Of a stretch of 64,000 bases of DNA, positions 18,305-28,608 are shown piece after piece (the stretch's first letter is position 1; every line of letters starts with the position of its first letter). Below the pieces are notes generated by a model, which did not search any database, had not been told where the DNA came from, and worked only from the letters and a program-made list of their open reading frames with translations. Made by a program: the position numbers and the translations under genes. The stretch spans positions 32,001 through 96,000 of the forward strand of contig CAWCMR010000020.1 of the NCBI GenBank assembly GCA_963796685.1, written 5' to 3'. The stretch comes from an uncultured delta proteobacterium. Lineage in GTDB: Bacteria > Myxococcota_A > Polyangia > Fen-1088.

Positions 18305-18496
18305 CTAGGGCTCTTCCTGATAGAACAGCGTGATCGTGAGGCAATGAAACGCGCTGTCGGATGACTGCGTGACGGACTTGCTCACGATGCGACTCTTGGG
18401 GTTGGCACGTATCCACTCGGTTATTTTTTCGCCAAGGGTGTCACGATCGCGCGCCTTCGTCGCGAAGAACACCTTGGCTCCTGTGAATTGATCCAT
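18305..18496 (-). CDS. Small conserved myxobacterial-type protein
   Basis: FTGAKVFFATKARDRDTLGEKITEW...TQSSDSAFHCLTITLFY. Confidence 0.75.
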   Translation of the reverse strand: MDQFTGAKVFFATKARDRDTLGEKITEWIRANPKSRIVSKSVTQSSDSAFHCLTITLFYQEEP

Positions 18497-18785
18497 TTCG
18501 GCGGCGCTGTTTGTCATCGATTCCAACTTCAATCTGAATGCCAACTTCTGTCGCAGACACGACCTTCCGTGAGAAGGTCCTTCACTGTCAAGAAGTTCCT
18601 CGAACTGCGATGCATTCCTCTAACCACAACGAGAAGAAATCGGAAGGAATCAGGGAAAGTTGAGCGCGCCAATCCACGCGTCCACATGCGCCAGCGTCGC
18701 AAGGTCGCTCGTCGGGCTATGCTGTTATCTGCGCCGCATGGTCGATTCTGACACCACGAGACTCGCGAGAAAGTAGTCCGTGCCG

Positions 18786-19157
18786 TCAGCGGACACGCAA
18801 GGCGCTCAGACCCATCCACAGAAAACCGGCCACCAAGAGCAGGCCGCCGAGAGGCGTGATCATGCCGAGCCGGCGCGGTGCCCCCAGGGCCATGGCGAAG
18901 AGCGATCCGCTGAACAGCAGCATCCCGAGCAAGAGCACGGAGCTGGGACAAAGGAGGGTCAGTCCCGTTCGTTCGAAAAGCCCGTGCAGCATCATACCCA
19001 GGGCGGCGATGAACAAGTACTGGGTGCCGGTGTGCCACCAGCCGAGGTTTGCGGCGGGCAGGGCGGACAGGGCGTGGGCGCCGAACGCGCCCAGCAGAAC
19101 TCCAAGCGCGGCCGTGAAGGCGCCGAGTGCGAATGCGTTCAAGGACCAGTCGGGCAT
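18786..19157 (-). CDS. DUF423 (YgdD/TMEM256) membrane protein
   Basis: LGAFGAH, LFSGSL, ITPLGG motifs. Confidence 0.9.
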   Translation of the reverse strand: MPDWSLNAFALGAFTAALGVLLGAFGAHALSALPAANLGWWHTGTQYLFIAALGMMLHGLFERTGLTLLCPSSVLLLGMLLFSGSLFAMALGAPRRLGMITPLGGLLLVAGFLWMGLSALRVR

Positions 19158-19216
19158 GGCCAGATGCTGCCAGAAAAACGGCGAACGCCAACGCGAATGT
19201 GGCTTCGCACGCTCGA

Positions 19217-19651
19217 CTACACGCCCGTCTGCTTGTGCGGACGTAGTCCCTTGACCACCAGGCCGAGCCCAGCGGCGATCATGAACAGCATGATCAGCGT
19301 GTTCACGAGCGAGGTGGTTTGGAAGTAGATGTCCAGATTGACGAGGATTCCGGCCAGGATGAACAGAAGACCGCCCACCGACAGGAACCAGCCCAGCGCC
19401 GACTTGCCATTCACGAACAGAATTCCGACGCCGAAGAGCAGGGGAATGAGGCTGATGCCGAAACTGCGGCCCGCGCCCCCGAGGCCCATGAAGTTCCAAT
19501 ACGAGGAATGCACCTGCACGTGGGAGAACAGCAAGTAGAAGCCGACGGCGGCGATCAAGACGCCGATGAAAAACTCGCCCACGCCGCCAGTGGTGCCGCC
19601 TGCACCCTCGAACTTGCGTTTGCCTCCAAAGCTCGCGCCGCCGTCGCTCAT
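19217..19651 (-). CDS. Hypothetical membrane protein (about 4 TM)
   Basis: GAGGTTGGVGEFFIG followed by four hydrophobic segments. Confidence 0.75.
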   Translation of the reverse strand: MSDGGASFGGKRKFEGAGGTTGGVGEFFIGVLIAAVGFYLLFSHVQVHSSYWNFMGLGGAGRSFGISLIPLLFGVGILFVNGKSALGWFLSVGGLLFILAGILVNLDIYFQTTSLVNTLIMLFMIAAGLGLVVKGLRPHKQTGV

Positions 19652-19791
19652 GGTTGCACCATTGTACATCGGAAGGGCGCGTTCTCGCTTGTTTCCAAAC
19701 CGAGCGCGAGGCGCCTTCACAAATTTACAAAACTGGCCAGGACTCGAAACCATCCTCGGGGGACAGTAACCAGTGTCTAGGAAAGGAGGTC

Positions 19792-19968
19792 ATGAAGATG
19801 CCAGCGACAGAGATTTTCTTCCGAGCTGATGCGAATGCGACGGATGGAGCGGACGGAAGGGTGAAGCTGTGGGCGGACTCGGTGGGGGCGGCGGCCACAC
19901 AGCTCGGCGTCATCCTGACCCTCGGCATCGCCGTACATCTTGCCAGCAACCTGCTGTTCGGTCGGTAG
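19792..19968 (+). CDS. Putative small membrane protein (58 aa)
   Basis: Strong RBS AAAGGAGGT just before ATG; C-terminal hydrophobic helix. Confidence 0.45.
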   Translation: MKMPATEIFFRADANATDGADGRVKLWADSVGAAATQLGVILTLGIAVHLASNLLFGR

Positions 19969-20033
19969 ACACCGGCAGTCGGTTGGGAAAGGAGAGGCCA
20001 TAAAGAACAAGAGCGCGTGCGGTAGCGATCGCG

Positions 20034-21206
20034 CTACTGCACTTTTCCGAAGGCGCACTTCAGGTAATCGCCCTCCGGAAACACAGGCAGAGTGGGGTGA
20101 TCCAGGCCGGCGCCGGTGTAGGCTTCGAGCACGAACCGGCGCCCGGCCTGGTGGACACCCGTTTTCACCAGCGCGAGAAATTCGTCGCGCGGCACATGGC
20201 TGGAGCAGGAGGCCGCGCACAGGAGGCCGCCCGGCTTCACGGCCTGTGCAGCCAGGCGGTGCAGGCGCAAGTAGGATCGCCGCGCAGAGGGTACGCTGTT
20301 CTTCGACGGGGCGAAGCTCGGCGGATCGGAAATGACGATGTCCCAGGTCTTCTTTTCCGCGACGGCCTCTTCGAGGAAGGCGAAGGCATCGCTCGCGTGC
20401 AGGCCGGCGCAATCGAGAGCGAGGCCGTTGCGCTCGAAGTTGCGCCTCGCCGCGGCCACGGCCGGGCGGGCGATGTCCACGGTGTCGGTGCGCGTCGCTC
20501 CCGCGGACGCTGCATGGATGGAAAAACCGCCCGTGTACCCGAACAGATTGAGCACGGACTTTCCTTTGGAACGAGCCGCTACGGCCAGGCGATTGTCGCG
20601 CTGATCGAGGAAGAGTCCGCCCTTTTGACCGCGGCCCACGTCGACGATGAAGCGAACGCCGTGCTCCAGGATTTCGATCTCCTCGCCGTGCTGCGCACGG
20701 GCGTCACGGTCTATCGTCTTGCGCACCTGAAAAGTCTCGGCACCCTCGGCGGCGCACTCGGCAGCGCACTCGAAAAGAAGGCCGGGCAGGTCGGCGTAGA
20801 AGGCGCGGCTGCCTTCCCCGTCGTAGCGCACGGAGGCGACGTCGGCGTAGAGGTCGACGTGGATACCGGGCAGGCGATCCGCCTCGCCATGCACCCAGCG
20901 AAATGCGTTGGTCGCGGTCAGATCGAGCCGGGCGCGGCGCATGGCCAGGGCGGCCTTCAGCCGGCGGCGAACCAAGGCGACCCTATCTTCGATCGGAACC
21001 AGGTCGAGCACGCGGACTGCGATGGGGCCGCGGGCGTCCCAATAGCCGAACGCCACCTCGCGACCATGTCGATCGACCACTGCGACGATCTCTCCAGGTG
21101 AAATTCCTGGGCGGTGGGCCAAGGCTTCTCGGAACACCCATGGATGTCCCTGTCGCAGCGTGCGACTCAAATCCTTCCTCAACGCCAATCCAACCGGCCG
21201 GATCAT
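20034..21206 (-). CDS. rlmI: RlmI-like PUA-domain SAM-dependent rRNA methyltransferase
   Basis: GHPWVF, GEADRLPG, GQKGGLFLDQRDNR, VLNLFGYTGGFS, DPPSF, ASCS, PEGDYLK. Confidence 0.85.
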   Translation of the reverse strand: MIRPVGLALRKDLSRTLRQGHPWVFREALAHRPGISPGEIVAVVDRHGREVAFGYWDARGPIAVRVLDLVPIEDRVALVRRRLKAALAMRRARLDLTATNAFRWVHGEADRLPGIHVDLYADVASVRYDGEGSRAFYADLPGLLFECAAECAAEGAETFQVRKTIDRDARAQHGEEIEILEHGVRFIVDVGRGQKGGLFLDQRDNRLAVAARSKGKSVLNLFGYTGGFSIHAASAGATRTDTVDIARPAVAAARRNFERNGLALDCAGLHASDAFAFLEEAVAEKKTWDIVISDPPSFAPSKNSVPSARRSYLRLHRLAAQAVKPGGLLCAASCSSHVPRDEFLALVKTGVHQAGRRFVLEAYTGAGLDHPTLPVFPEGDYLKCAFGKVQ

Positions 21207-21466
21207 GACCTCGCCGCATCATACTATCACTTTTGCGACCGCGCACCCTTAAGGAGCGCGGCGGTTGGGCCGAGACAATACTGGTTGCCAGGAAGGGGGA
21301 GGGGGCTTTCGACGGGCGGCGTGGTTCGGAGGGACCTTTTCGTCTTGGAGGGGTGGGGCCGGCGGTGCCGCGACTTCGGGCGGGTAAGTTGGAGGGTGTG
21401 ACAGCCGCGGTGCCGCCGGAAGTGTTTCCTGTGATAGACGTAGTCGTTCTTGCAGAGGACGACCGC

Positions 21467-23542
21467 GTGACAAATTCGGAAAGCCAACCAACCCCCAATG
21501 CTCCCGTGCCTTCGGGCCGGCCGAGCTTCTTCGACCGTCTGAGCGATCGGCAGATGACCCTGCTGGTGATCGCGGTCGGCCTCCTTCTCTACATCCCGCT
21601 GGCCGGCACCTACGGCCTGTGGGATCCGTGGGAGACGCACTATTCGGAAGTCGCGCGTCAGATGACGAAGCGGGGCGATTTCATCAGCCTGTGGTGGCCG
21701 GGGTCGCCGCGCGACGCGGACGTGTTCTGGTCCAAGCCCGTCCTGTCCTTCTGGGTGATGAGCATCGGCATGCACATCGCGCGCATCGGATTGCCCGGCA
21801 ATCCGCCCGGCGAAATGGCGCTGCTGTCGCGCACGGAGTGGGCGGTGCGCGTGCCCTTCTGTCTGTTTGGCGTGCTTGCCATGTGGGGCATCTACATGGT
21901 CGTCGCGCGTTTCGTATCCAAACGGGCGGGCTTCATCTCGGCGCTGGTCATGGCAACCAGTCCCATGTTCGCGCTCATTGCCCGCCAAGCCATGACCGAT
22001 ATGGCTTTCGTGGGCCCCATGACCATGGCCTTGGCCTTGGGGACCATCGCGCTCCTCGACGACCGCGACGAAGTCCTGCCGCGCCGGGGCCGCGGTTTTT
22101 GGAGCTACCCCCACCACGCCTCGTTCTACACCACGGTCGGAGTGTTCTTGGTCTTGATGGTGCCCCAGCTCATCATCGATTCCGTTCAGCTCAAGGTGAA
22201 GGTTCCCATCGGCGGCCGTGAAGTCCTCATGTACGGCGCGGTGGCGATGATTCCCTATTACCTGGGGTCGCTCCTGTTCTTGTGGTTCTGCATGCGGGCG
22301 CGCTATCGAGCGCCGCTTTACCTCTACATCGCGGCCATGCTGTGCGGGGTCGCGGTGCTGGCCAAGGGCCTCGCCGGGGCCGGCCTGCCCATCATCATCT
22401 TCCTCGCCTATCTGCTCTTCACCTGGAACTGGAAGCGCCTCCAGCGCGCCCAGCTCTTGCCCGCGGTGGCGGTGTCCGCGCTGGTGATGGTGGTCGTGGC
22501 GGCCCCGTGGCACCACGCCATGATCATTCGCCACGGCTGGGCCTTTTGGAACGAGCTCTTCGGCGACAACCACTGGCGCCGCATGATGCTGGGCCGTCAC
22601 GGCGACCGTGGCACCTTCGAGTACTTCCTGCGCGAGTTGGGATACGGCGTTCTGCCTTGGGTGGCGCTGGCGCCGGCGGCGCTCACCGGCATGGTCATGC
22701 GCAAGGTGGGGAGCGAGCAGAAACAGGCGGTGTACAGGCTGGGCGCGATCTGGTTCGTCGCCGGCTACGCCCTGGTCTCGCTCTCCATGACCAAGTTCCA
22801 CCACTACGTCTTGCCGGCGATTCCCGGCCTCGCCATCGTGATCGGCTGTTTCATCAACGACGTGCTCGACAAGCAGGACGTCCGTCGCACCCGACTGGCG
22901 GCCTTGGTTGGGATTCCGCTGCTTGCCGTGATCTTCGCGGACCTGCTTCACGCCCGCAACGCCGCGCAGCGGTTTCTTTGGCTGTTCAGCTACGACTACG
23001 TGCACAGCCCGACGGGACGGCCCTGGCCGAATGAGCTCGATTTTCGCACCCCGCTCGTGGTGATGGGCTTGCTCATCGCCTTGGCGACGCTGGCTCTCGG
23101 CTGGAAGAAGCTGCTGCGTCCGGCGGTCATTGGGCTGTGCCTGGTCTCCGTGGTCTTCACCTACTTTCTCCTCGACGTGTACATGCGCGACGTCGCGCCC
23201 TTCTGGTCGCAGAAGGAAACCCTGGCCGAATACTATCGCCATCGCCGATCGCCCGACGAGAAGCTACTCGCCTACTCCATGTACTGGCGGGGCGAGACCT
23301 TTTACTCCGAAAACGAGATCTACGAAGGCCCCAAGGAAGAGCGGACCGTGTTCGACCAGGAAGGCGCCGACGAGCAGATGAAGGAATGGATCGCCAACCA
23401 CCGCGGACGGCGCGTGTTCATCATCTACGAGCGGGGTAGGCAGAACCACGTGGAGCAGCTCCTGCCCCCTGAAACGCGCTCGAGCTTCAAGGTGCTCTAC
23501 GAGAAGAACAACAAGTTCTCGCTCGCCCAGGCCGATATCTAG
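21467..23542 (+). CDS. ArnT/PMT-like (GT-C) membrane glycosyltransferase
   Basis: LWDPWETHYSEVARQM, SKPVL, LAKG, TKFHHYVLP; many TM helices; GTG start after GAGG. Confidence 0.85.
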   Translation: MTNSESQPTPNAPVPSGRPSFFDRLSDRQMTLLVIAVGLLLYIPLAGTYGLWDPWETHYSEVARQMTKRGDFISLWWPGSPRDADVFWSKPVLSFWVMSIGMHIARIGLPGNPPGEMALLSRTEWAVRVPFCLFGVLAMWGIYMVVARFVSKRAGFISALVMATSPMFALIARQAMTDMAFVGPMTMALALGTIALLDDRDEVLPRRGRGFWSYPHHASFYTTVGVFLVLMVPQLIIDSVQLKVKVPIGGREVLMYGAVAMIPYYLGSLLFLWFCMRARYRAPLYLYIAAMLCGVAVLAKGLAGAGLPIIIFLAYLLFTWNWKRLQRAQLLPAVAVSALVMVVVAAPWHHAMIIRHGWAFWNELFGDNHWRRMMLGRHGDRGTFEYFLRELGYGVLPWVALAPAALTGMVMRKVGSEQKQAVYRLGAIWFVAGYALVSLSMTKFHHYVLPAIPGLAIVIGCFINDVLDKQDVRRTRLAALVGIPLLAVIFADLLHARNAAQRFLWLFSYDYVHSPTGRPWPNELDFRTPLVVMGLLIALATLALGWKKLLRPAVIGLCLVSVVFTYFLLDVYMRDVAPFWSQKETLAEYYRHRRSPDEKLLAYSMYWRGETFYSENEIYEGPKEERTVFDQEGADEQMKEWIANHRGRRVFIIYERGRQNHVEQLLPPETRSSFKVLYEKNNKFSLAQADI

Positions 23543-23553
23543 AGCTTGTCACA

Positions 23554-23949
23554 CGAGGTCGCGCGAAGCGCGGGGGAGGCAGGGTGGGAGGCAGGTGCCG
23601 AGCCTCCCAGGGTTCCCATCACCCGCGTAGGCGGAGCCGAGCTTTGCTCGGCGAAGCCAGAGCGCGGGAGGGTTTGGCGAGGTCGCGCGAAGCGCGGGGG
23701 AGGCAGGGTGGGAGGCAGGTGCCGAGCCTCCCAGGGTTCCCATCACCCGCGTAGGCGGAGCCGAGCTTTGCTCGGCGAAGCCAGAGCGCGGGAGGGTTTG
23801 GCGAGGTCGCGCGAAGCGCGGGGGAGGCAGGGTGGGAGGCAGGTGCCGAGCCTCCCAGGGTTCCCATCACCCGCGTAGGCGGAGCCGAGCTTTGCTCGGC
23901 GAAGCCAGAGCGCGGGAGGGTTTGGGAACCCTCCCAGGGTTCCCATTTC
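23554..23949 (-). repeat. Tandem array of three identical 124-bp REP-like units plus terminal hairpin
   Basis: Units start at 23554, 23678 and 23802; ends with GGGAACCCTCCCAGGGTTCCC; lies between convergent genes. Confidence 0.95.
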
Positions 23950-24889
23950 AACGAAATATCTGCTCCGCCTCCTGTTTCACCTGGCGCAGCTCATCCCAGA
24001 GCTTTTCCAGGTCGCGGGCGCGGAAGCCCAAGTACTCGCATTCGGGCGTCGCGACCAGGTGTTCGGTTTGCTCGGCGCTGGGCAGCGATTCCCGCGCCAA
24101 CATGCGGTCGATCCTCTCCGCCAGGCGAACCAAGGCCACGAGCAACGCCACCTCGCCCCCCGCCGCGAAGGCGCGTACCGGTTGGTGGTGCCAGGCCACG
24201 ATCTTGGGGATGGGATCGGGTAGCCCCCACTTGCGCAAAATGTGGGCGCCGAGCACGGCGTGATCGAAGCCCAGCACCTCGCGCTCGCGCAGGTGGATGG
24301 TGTCCACCTCGGCCATGTCGTTGCCGTGAATCTTGAGGTAGGTGGCGGGCTGGGCCTGGATGAGCAGCAATTTGCCGAAGTCGTGCAGCAGCCCCGCGAT
24401 GTAGCTGCTGGATCCCGCGTTGGCCTTGTGCAAGGCCAGCGCCCGAACCAGCGCACCGGTCGAGGCGCAGTGATCGCGAACGGCGCGGCCGATGCCGCTC
24501 ATGTCCGAGAACATGGCCATCATCGACAGGGACGTGGCGACCTCGCCCAGCGTCCGCGAGCCCAGCACCACGATGGCTTGCTTGATGGAGACGCAGGCCT
24601 CGCGCGGGCGGAAGGCCGCCGAATTGGCCAGGCGTAGGACCTTGGTCGCCAGCGCCGGGTCTTGCTCGATGATGTCTTGCAAGCGGCCGACCTCGAAGTC
24701 TTTGTCGGCGACCTGGTCGAGCACGCGCCTCGCCACTTCCGAGAACGGGCGCAGCCCTTCCAGATCGGCCAGGGCGGCCGCGAAGCTCGCGGCAGCTTGC
24801 GCGGTGATGGCAGTTGCGTCGTCCTCGCCGAACCATAGCTCTTCGAGAATCGATTCAGAGATCTTGGTCTTGCTTGCAGGCGGTGTCAT
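23948..24889 (-). CDS. HDOD-domain protein
   Basis: DPALATKVLRLANSA, AGLLHDFGK, GFDHAVLG, WHH. Confidence 0.92.
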   Translation of the reverse strand: MTPPASKTKISESILEELWFGEDDATAITAQAAASFAAALADLEGLRPFSEVARRVLDQVADKDFEVGRLQDIIEQDPALATKVLRLANSAAFRPREACVSIKQAIVVLGSRTLGEVATSLSMMAMFSDMSGIGRAVRDHCASTGALVRALALHKANAGSSSYIAGLLHDFGKLLLIQAQPATYLKIHGNDMAEVDTIHLREREVLGFDHAVLGAHILRKWGLPDPIPKIVAWHHQPVRAFAAGGEVALLVALVRLAERIDRMLARESLPSAEQTEHLVATPECEYLGFRARDLEKLWDELRQVKQEAEQIFR

Positions 24890-25140
24890 CTTGGTCGAGC
24901 CTTTCCAGCGCCGGAGCTACACCAAGAAGATAGCATCGTCCCCGGTCCCTCGCGACGTCGGGACGCGACGAGGTCGAACGCTCCGAGACATCGAAGGACG
25001 GCGACCTCGTGCGCCTTGCCGCCGATAATTCCGGCACGCATCGTCGCTTGCGCGAGCATCAGCCGCGCGCGGCTTGCGAGGGCCGCTACCTTCGACCTAC
25101 GCGGCCTGGTGGCGAGTGGATGACGGGGGGGAGCGCGGGA

Positions 25141-25641
25141 CTAATTCGTTCTGTTCGGATCGTACGCCATGTTCAGCGGTAGCTCCGGCAGCTCCGGTGG
25201 GTACACCTGAGCTGCTTGGGTGGCAGTGGCCGTCTGGAGGATCTGAGAGCGGTTGTCGTCCCAGCCATCCACCGTGAAGGTGAAGGTTCCCTTGGTGTTC
25301 GACGTGCTCCAGCTGAACAAGCCGATGTCGGTTGGTGTCAGTCCACCCTGACAGCCCGCCGTCAGCTTTTGATTTCCCTGACTGTCGGCGAACGGCCCCT
25401 CCTTCTGAAGCACGTAGTGATCGAGCACGACCTTACCAGCCCCGTCGGTGATCGTCATCTCGCACTGGTTGATGGCGGTATTTTCCGATCCGCCAGGAAG
25501 AGGCAGCGTCGATCTTGGCGAGGCTTTGACGTGGATCCTGAAGAGCGCGTAGTCCGGGCCACAGCCGCTCAAGCCCGACAGTGATGCGATCAAAGCGCCG
25601 GTCATGAGCAGTCCCTTCGAGAGTTGCATGAATGAGCGCAT
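25141..25641 (-). CDS. Hypothetical lipoprotein
   Basis: Lipobox LSGC. Confidence 0.7.
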   Translation of the reverse strand: MRSFMQLSKGLLMTGALIASLSGLSGCGPDYALFRIHVKASPRSTLPLPGGSENTAINQCEMTITDGAGKVVLDHYVLQKEGPFADSQGNQKLTAGCQGGLTPTDIGLFSWSTSNTKGTFTFTVDGWDDNRSQILQTATATQAAQVYPPELPELPLNMAYDPNRTN

Positions 25642-25643
25642 GG

Positions 25644-26000
25644 CTATCTCCCGTCTCCGATGCAACCAAGTGGGCGCGTCCCGGCTTGACACCCTGGTGC
25701 CTTCTTCTGGAAAGGGATCACCGCTGCCGCGATCACGACGCCCGCAACGCCGACGGCCGTAGCCCAAAACCACCATTGCTCGTAGACCGGATTGAGAATG
25801 GGTTTCTTCTCGGGCTTCTTGCCCAGATCCTTCACGCCATCCGGGACCGACGTGCTGTCGTCCGTGACGATGGTCGGATCTTTGTACGAACCGCCCTCTT
25901 CTTCGTCATCATCGGCCCAGGCAGGCTGGACGACTGCAAAAAACAGCGTCGCGATGACGCTCAGGGAGAGGACCCGAGTCAGAAATGTTGTGCGCGTCAT
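25644..26000 (-). CDS. Hypothetical exported protein with PVYEQWWFW-TM anchor
   Basis: Signal peptide AWA; C-terminal WWFW plus TM motif typical of myxobacterial proteins. Confidence 0.7.
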   Translation of the reverse strand: MTRTTFLTRVLSLSVIATLFFAVVQPAWADDDEEEGGSYKDPTIVTDDSTSVPDGVKDLGKKPEKKPILNPVYEQWWFWATAVGVAGVVIAAAVIPFQKKAPGCQAGTRPLGCIGDGR

Positions 26001-26170
26001 GTCGAGAAGCATATTAACCACACGTCGTTACCGGATGGAAGAGGGGAGAAAGGGGGAATTCGCTGCCAGTGCAAAGCACCCCAACGCCACCTACCCGGGA
26101 TCGTCTGGCTTGACCCATGAGGGCCAATCAGGCGAGGAAGGAGGCGAGGAGGGCCCCAGGGGAAGAAGGC

Positions 26171-26902
26171 GTGAAACGCATCGCTCCAAAATCCTTGATC
26201 GCGAGTAGCCGCACGCTCGCCGAGCGTGTCGATGGGCTGGTCTTCGCCAAGCCGGTCGCCTACGTCTACAACCCTTTGGTGTACGCTCGCGCCCAGCACG
26301 AAACCTATCTTGCCCGCTACGGCCAGGCCCCCAAGGAAGTCATCTTGCTGGGCATGAACCCCGGGCCGTTCGGCATGGCCCAGACGGGGGTTCCCTTCGG
26401 CGACGTCGCCATGGTGCGGGACTTCCTCGGGCTGGAAAGCGCCATCGGCAGGCCCGCGCGCGAGCATCCCAAGCGGCCGGTGGAAGGCATGGCCTGCACG
26501 CGCAGCGAGGTGAGCGGTACGCGACTTTGGGGTTGGGCCAAGGACGAGCTCGGCACGGCAGAGCGCTTCTTCGAGCGCTTCTTCGTGGCGAACTACTGTC
26601 CCTTGGTCTTCATGGAGGACTCGGCCCGCAATCTCACCCCGGACAAGCTTCCCGCTGTCGAGCAGGCAGCGCTCTTCGCCGCCTGCGACGAGGCCTTGCG
26701 CGATACGGTCGCGGTTCTGCGCCCTCGCGTCGTCGTCGGGGTCGGCGTCTTCGCCACCCTGCGCGCGCGCCACGCGCTCGCCGATACCGGTCTTGCCATC
26801 GGTACCGTCTTGCACCCCAGCCCGGCCAGCCCCGCGGCCAACCGAGGCTGGGCCGCGCAGGCGCATCGCCAGCTGGCCGACCTCGGCATCGCGATTCGCT
26901 GA
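26171..26902 (+). CDS. SMUG1-family uracil-DNA glycosylase
   Basis: YVYNPL, GMNPGPFGMAQTGVPFG, SEVSG.RLW, NYCPL, LHPSPASP. Confidence 0.93.
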   Translation: MKRIAPKSLIASSRTLAERVDGLVFAKPVAYVYNPLVYARAQHETYLARYGQAPKEVILLGMNPGPFGMAQTGVPFGDVAMVRDFLGLESAIGRPAREHPKRPVEGMACTRSEVSGTRLWGWAKDELGTAERFFERFFVANYCPLVFMEDSARNLTPDKLPAVEQAALFAACDEALRDTVAVLRPRVVVGVGVFATLRARHALADTGLAIGTVLHPSPASPAANRGWAAQAHRQLADLGIAIR

Positions 26903-26992
26903 TGGGTCAGGCGCGGGTGGTCGCGGTTTGGCCGTCCGTCCTCGGCACCATGCTAGGATATTCGCCCTTCCGAGACGCAGCGAGAACCCGGC

Positions 26993-28498
26993 ATGGCTGA
27001 TTTGCGCAAGCTGAAGAACGAGGCACTGGACGCCGCCGGCAAGGGGAACTGGCGGAAGGCGGCGCGGTGCTATGCGAGCCTGGAAAAGGACGAAGAGGCC
27101 GAGCCGGGCTGGGCGCTCAAGCTGGGCGAGTGCCTGCGCAAGATGGGCAACGACCGAGAGGCCGTCAAGGCCTTGGGCCGCGCCGTCAACGGCTACGCCA
27201 AGAACGGCTTGGTGCTGAAAGCCGTAGCGGTTTGCAAGATCATTCTCAGCGTCGATCCCAATCATTCCCATGCGCAGGAATTGCTGGACTCTTTCTACGC
27301 GGCCCAACGGAGCCCCGACGATCCCGGTGTCCGGCTGCCCCGGCGCACGCCGTCGCCACCGTCGAGCGTGCAAGCGCCCGTCGCGCCCCCGGCCGTGCCC
27401 AGGGCGGCGCCTGGTCCCGTTCTCGCCCCGGCGCCGCCCGACCCCTTTGCCGTGTCGTCGACGATGAAGGTGCCTCGGCCCGTCGCCGTCGCGCCGACGG
27501 CATCCGCTGCCTTGCAGGCTTCCGCCGTCGCCGTGGCGAGCGCGCCGCCGCCCATGCGCCACCTTCGCTTGGCCGCCCTGATACCCGGATCGCGCCCATC
27601 GCAGCAGGTGCCGTCCGCGGGCGGCAGCACGGTCATGGAGATTCCCATCGACGACGATTTCGCACCCGCGGTCGCGCCGACCAACCCGCACAAAGGCGCC
27701 GGCCGAAACACCCTGGCGCGTTTCGTATTGCCCAAGACGCCGTTCTTCTCCGTGCTCTCGCGTGAGCTTTTCCGCATGGCCGTCGAGCGCGTGCGTTTGA
27801 TCCAACTCGCCGTGGGCCAGACCTTGTTTTCGCAAGGCGATCCTGGCGACGTGCTGTACGTGGTGGCGTGGGGGGAAATCGCCGTGCTGGCGCCGCAGGA
27901 AATCGCCCGGCTGTCCGAGGGCGAATTCTTCGGCGAGATCGCCCTGCTCGCCGACCGGCCACGCAACGCCACCGTGCGCGCCACCGTCGACAGCCAGGTC
28001 TTGGCCATCGATCGGGCGCTGCTCAGCGATCTGGTCACGGGCTCGCCCGAGTTGCTCAAGGTGCTGTTGCGCTTTCTGCGCGATCGCCTCGTTGCGACCC
28101 TGGCTGAAACCAGTCCGCTTTTCGCGCCGTTCACGCCCCTCGAGCGCCTGGGGCTGGCCGCGCGCTTTCACTTTCTCGAGATCGACGAGGGACTGCGCAT
28201 CCTCGAACAGGGTGGAAAGTCGCCGGGGCTCTTCGTCTTGCTCGCCGGAGAAGCCAACGCCGTGGCCGATGGACGCGTCGCGGCCCATCTGGAATCGGGC
28301 GACGCGTTCGGCGAGATTTCGCTCATCACGAACCAACCCGCGACGGCCTCCATCGAGACCCTTTGCAAGAGCTTCGTCCTGTACCTGCCACGCGCCGACT
28401 TCTCGGAAATCATCATGACCCATCCCCAGGTGCTCGAATACATCAGCGAGCTGGCCGAGGCGCGCATACGCGACATCGGTCGGATTGACATACTGTGA
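26993..28498 (+). CDS. TPR plus tandem cyclic-nucleotide-binding domain protein
   Basis: GEFFGEIALL...RNATVRA and GDAFGEISL; Pro-rich linker. Confidence 0.88.
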   Translation: MADLRKLKNEALDAAGKGNWRKAARCYASLEKDEEAEPGWALKLGECLRKMGNDREAVKALGRAVNGYAKNGLVLKAVAVCKIILSVDPNHSHAQELLDSFYAAQRSPDDPGVRLPRRTPSPPSSVQAPVAPPAVPRAAPGPVLAPAPPDPFAVSSTMKVPRPVAVAPTASAALQASAVAVASAPPPMRHLRLAALIPGSRPSQQVPSAGGSTVMEIPIDDDFAPAVAPTNPHKGAGRNTLARFVLPKTPFFSVLSRELFRMAVERVRLIQLAVGQTLFSQGDPGDVLYVVAWGEIAVLAPQEIARLSEGEFFGEIALLADRPRNATVRATVDSQVLAIDRALLSDLVTGSPELLKVLLRFLRDRLVATLAETSPLFAPFTPLERLGLAARFHFLEIDEGLRILEQGGKSPGLFVLLAGEANAVADGRVAAHLESGDAFGEISLITNQPATASIETLCKSFVLYLPRADFSEIIMTHPQVLEYISELAEARIRDIGRIDIL

Positions 28499-28608
28499 CT
28501 TCCATGCCGGTGTACGCAACCAACGCAACTCCAGCTCCACGGAAAGTCGAGTCATCCGCATCCGACGGGGTTGACTTTCCCCTCTGGCCGAAGTATTAGG
28601 AGCGCCCC

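Noticed and set aside
23554-23949. CRISPR array
   Set aside because: Units are 124 bp and fully identical with no unique spacers; no cas genes in the window.
25997-28561. 854-aa minus-strand ORF and similar long antisense ORFs (e.g. 21227..23242, 49073..50794, 58492..60408)
   Set aside because: Shadow ORFs opposite well-supported genes, as expected from high-GC codon bias.
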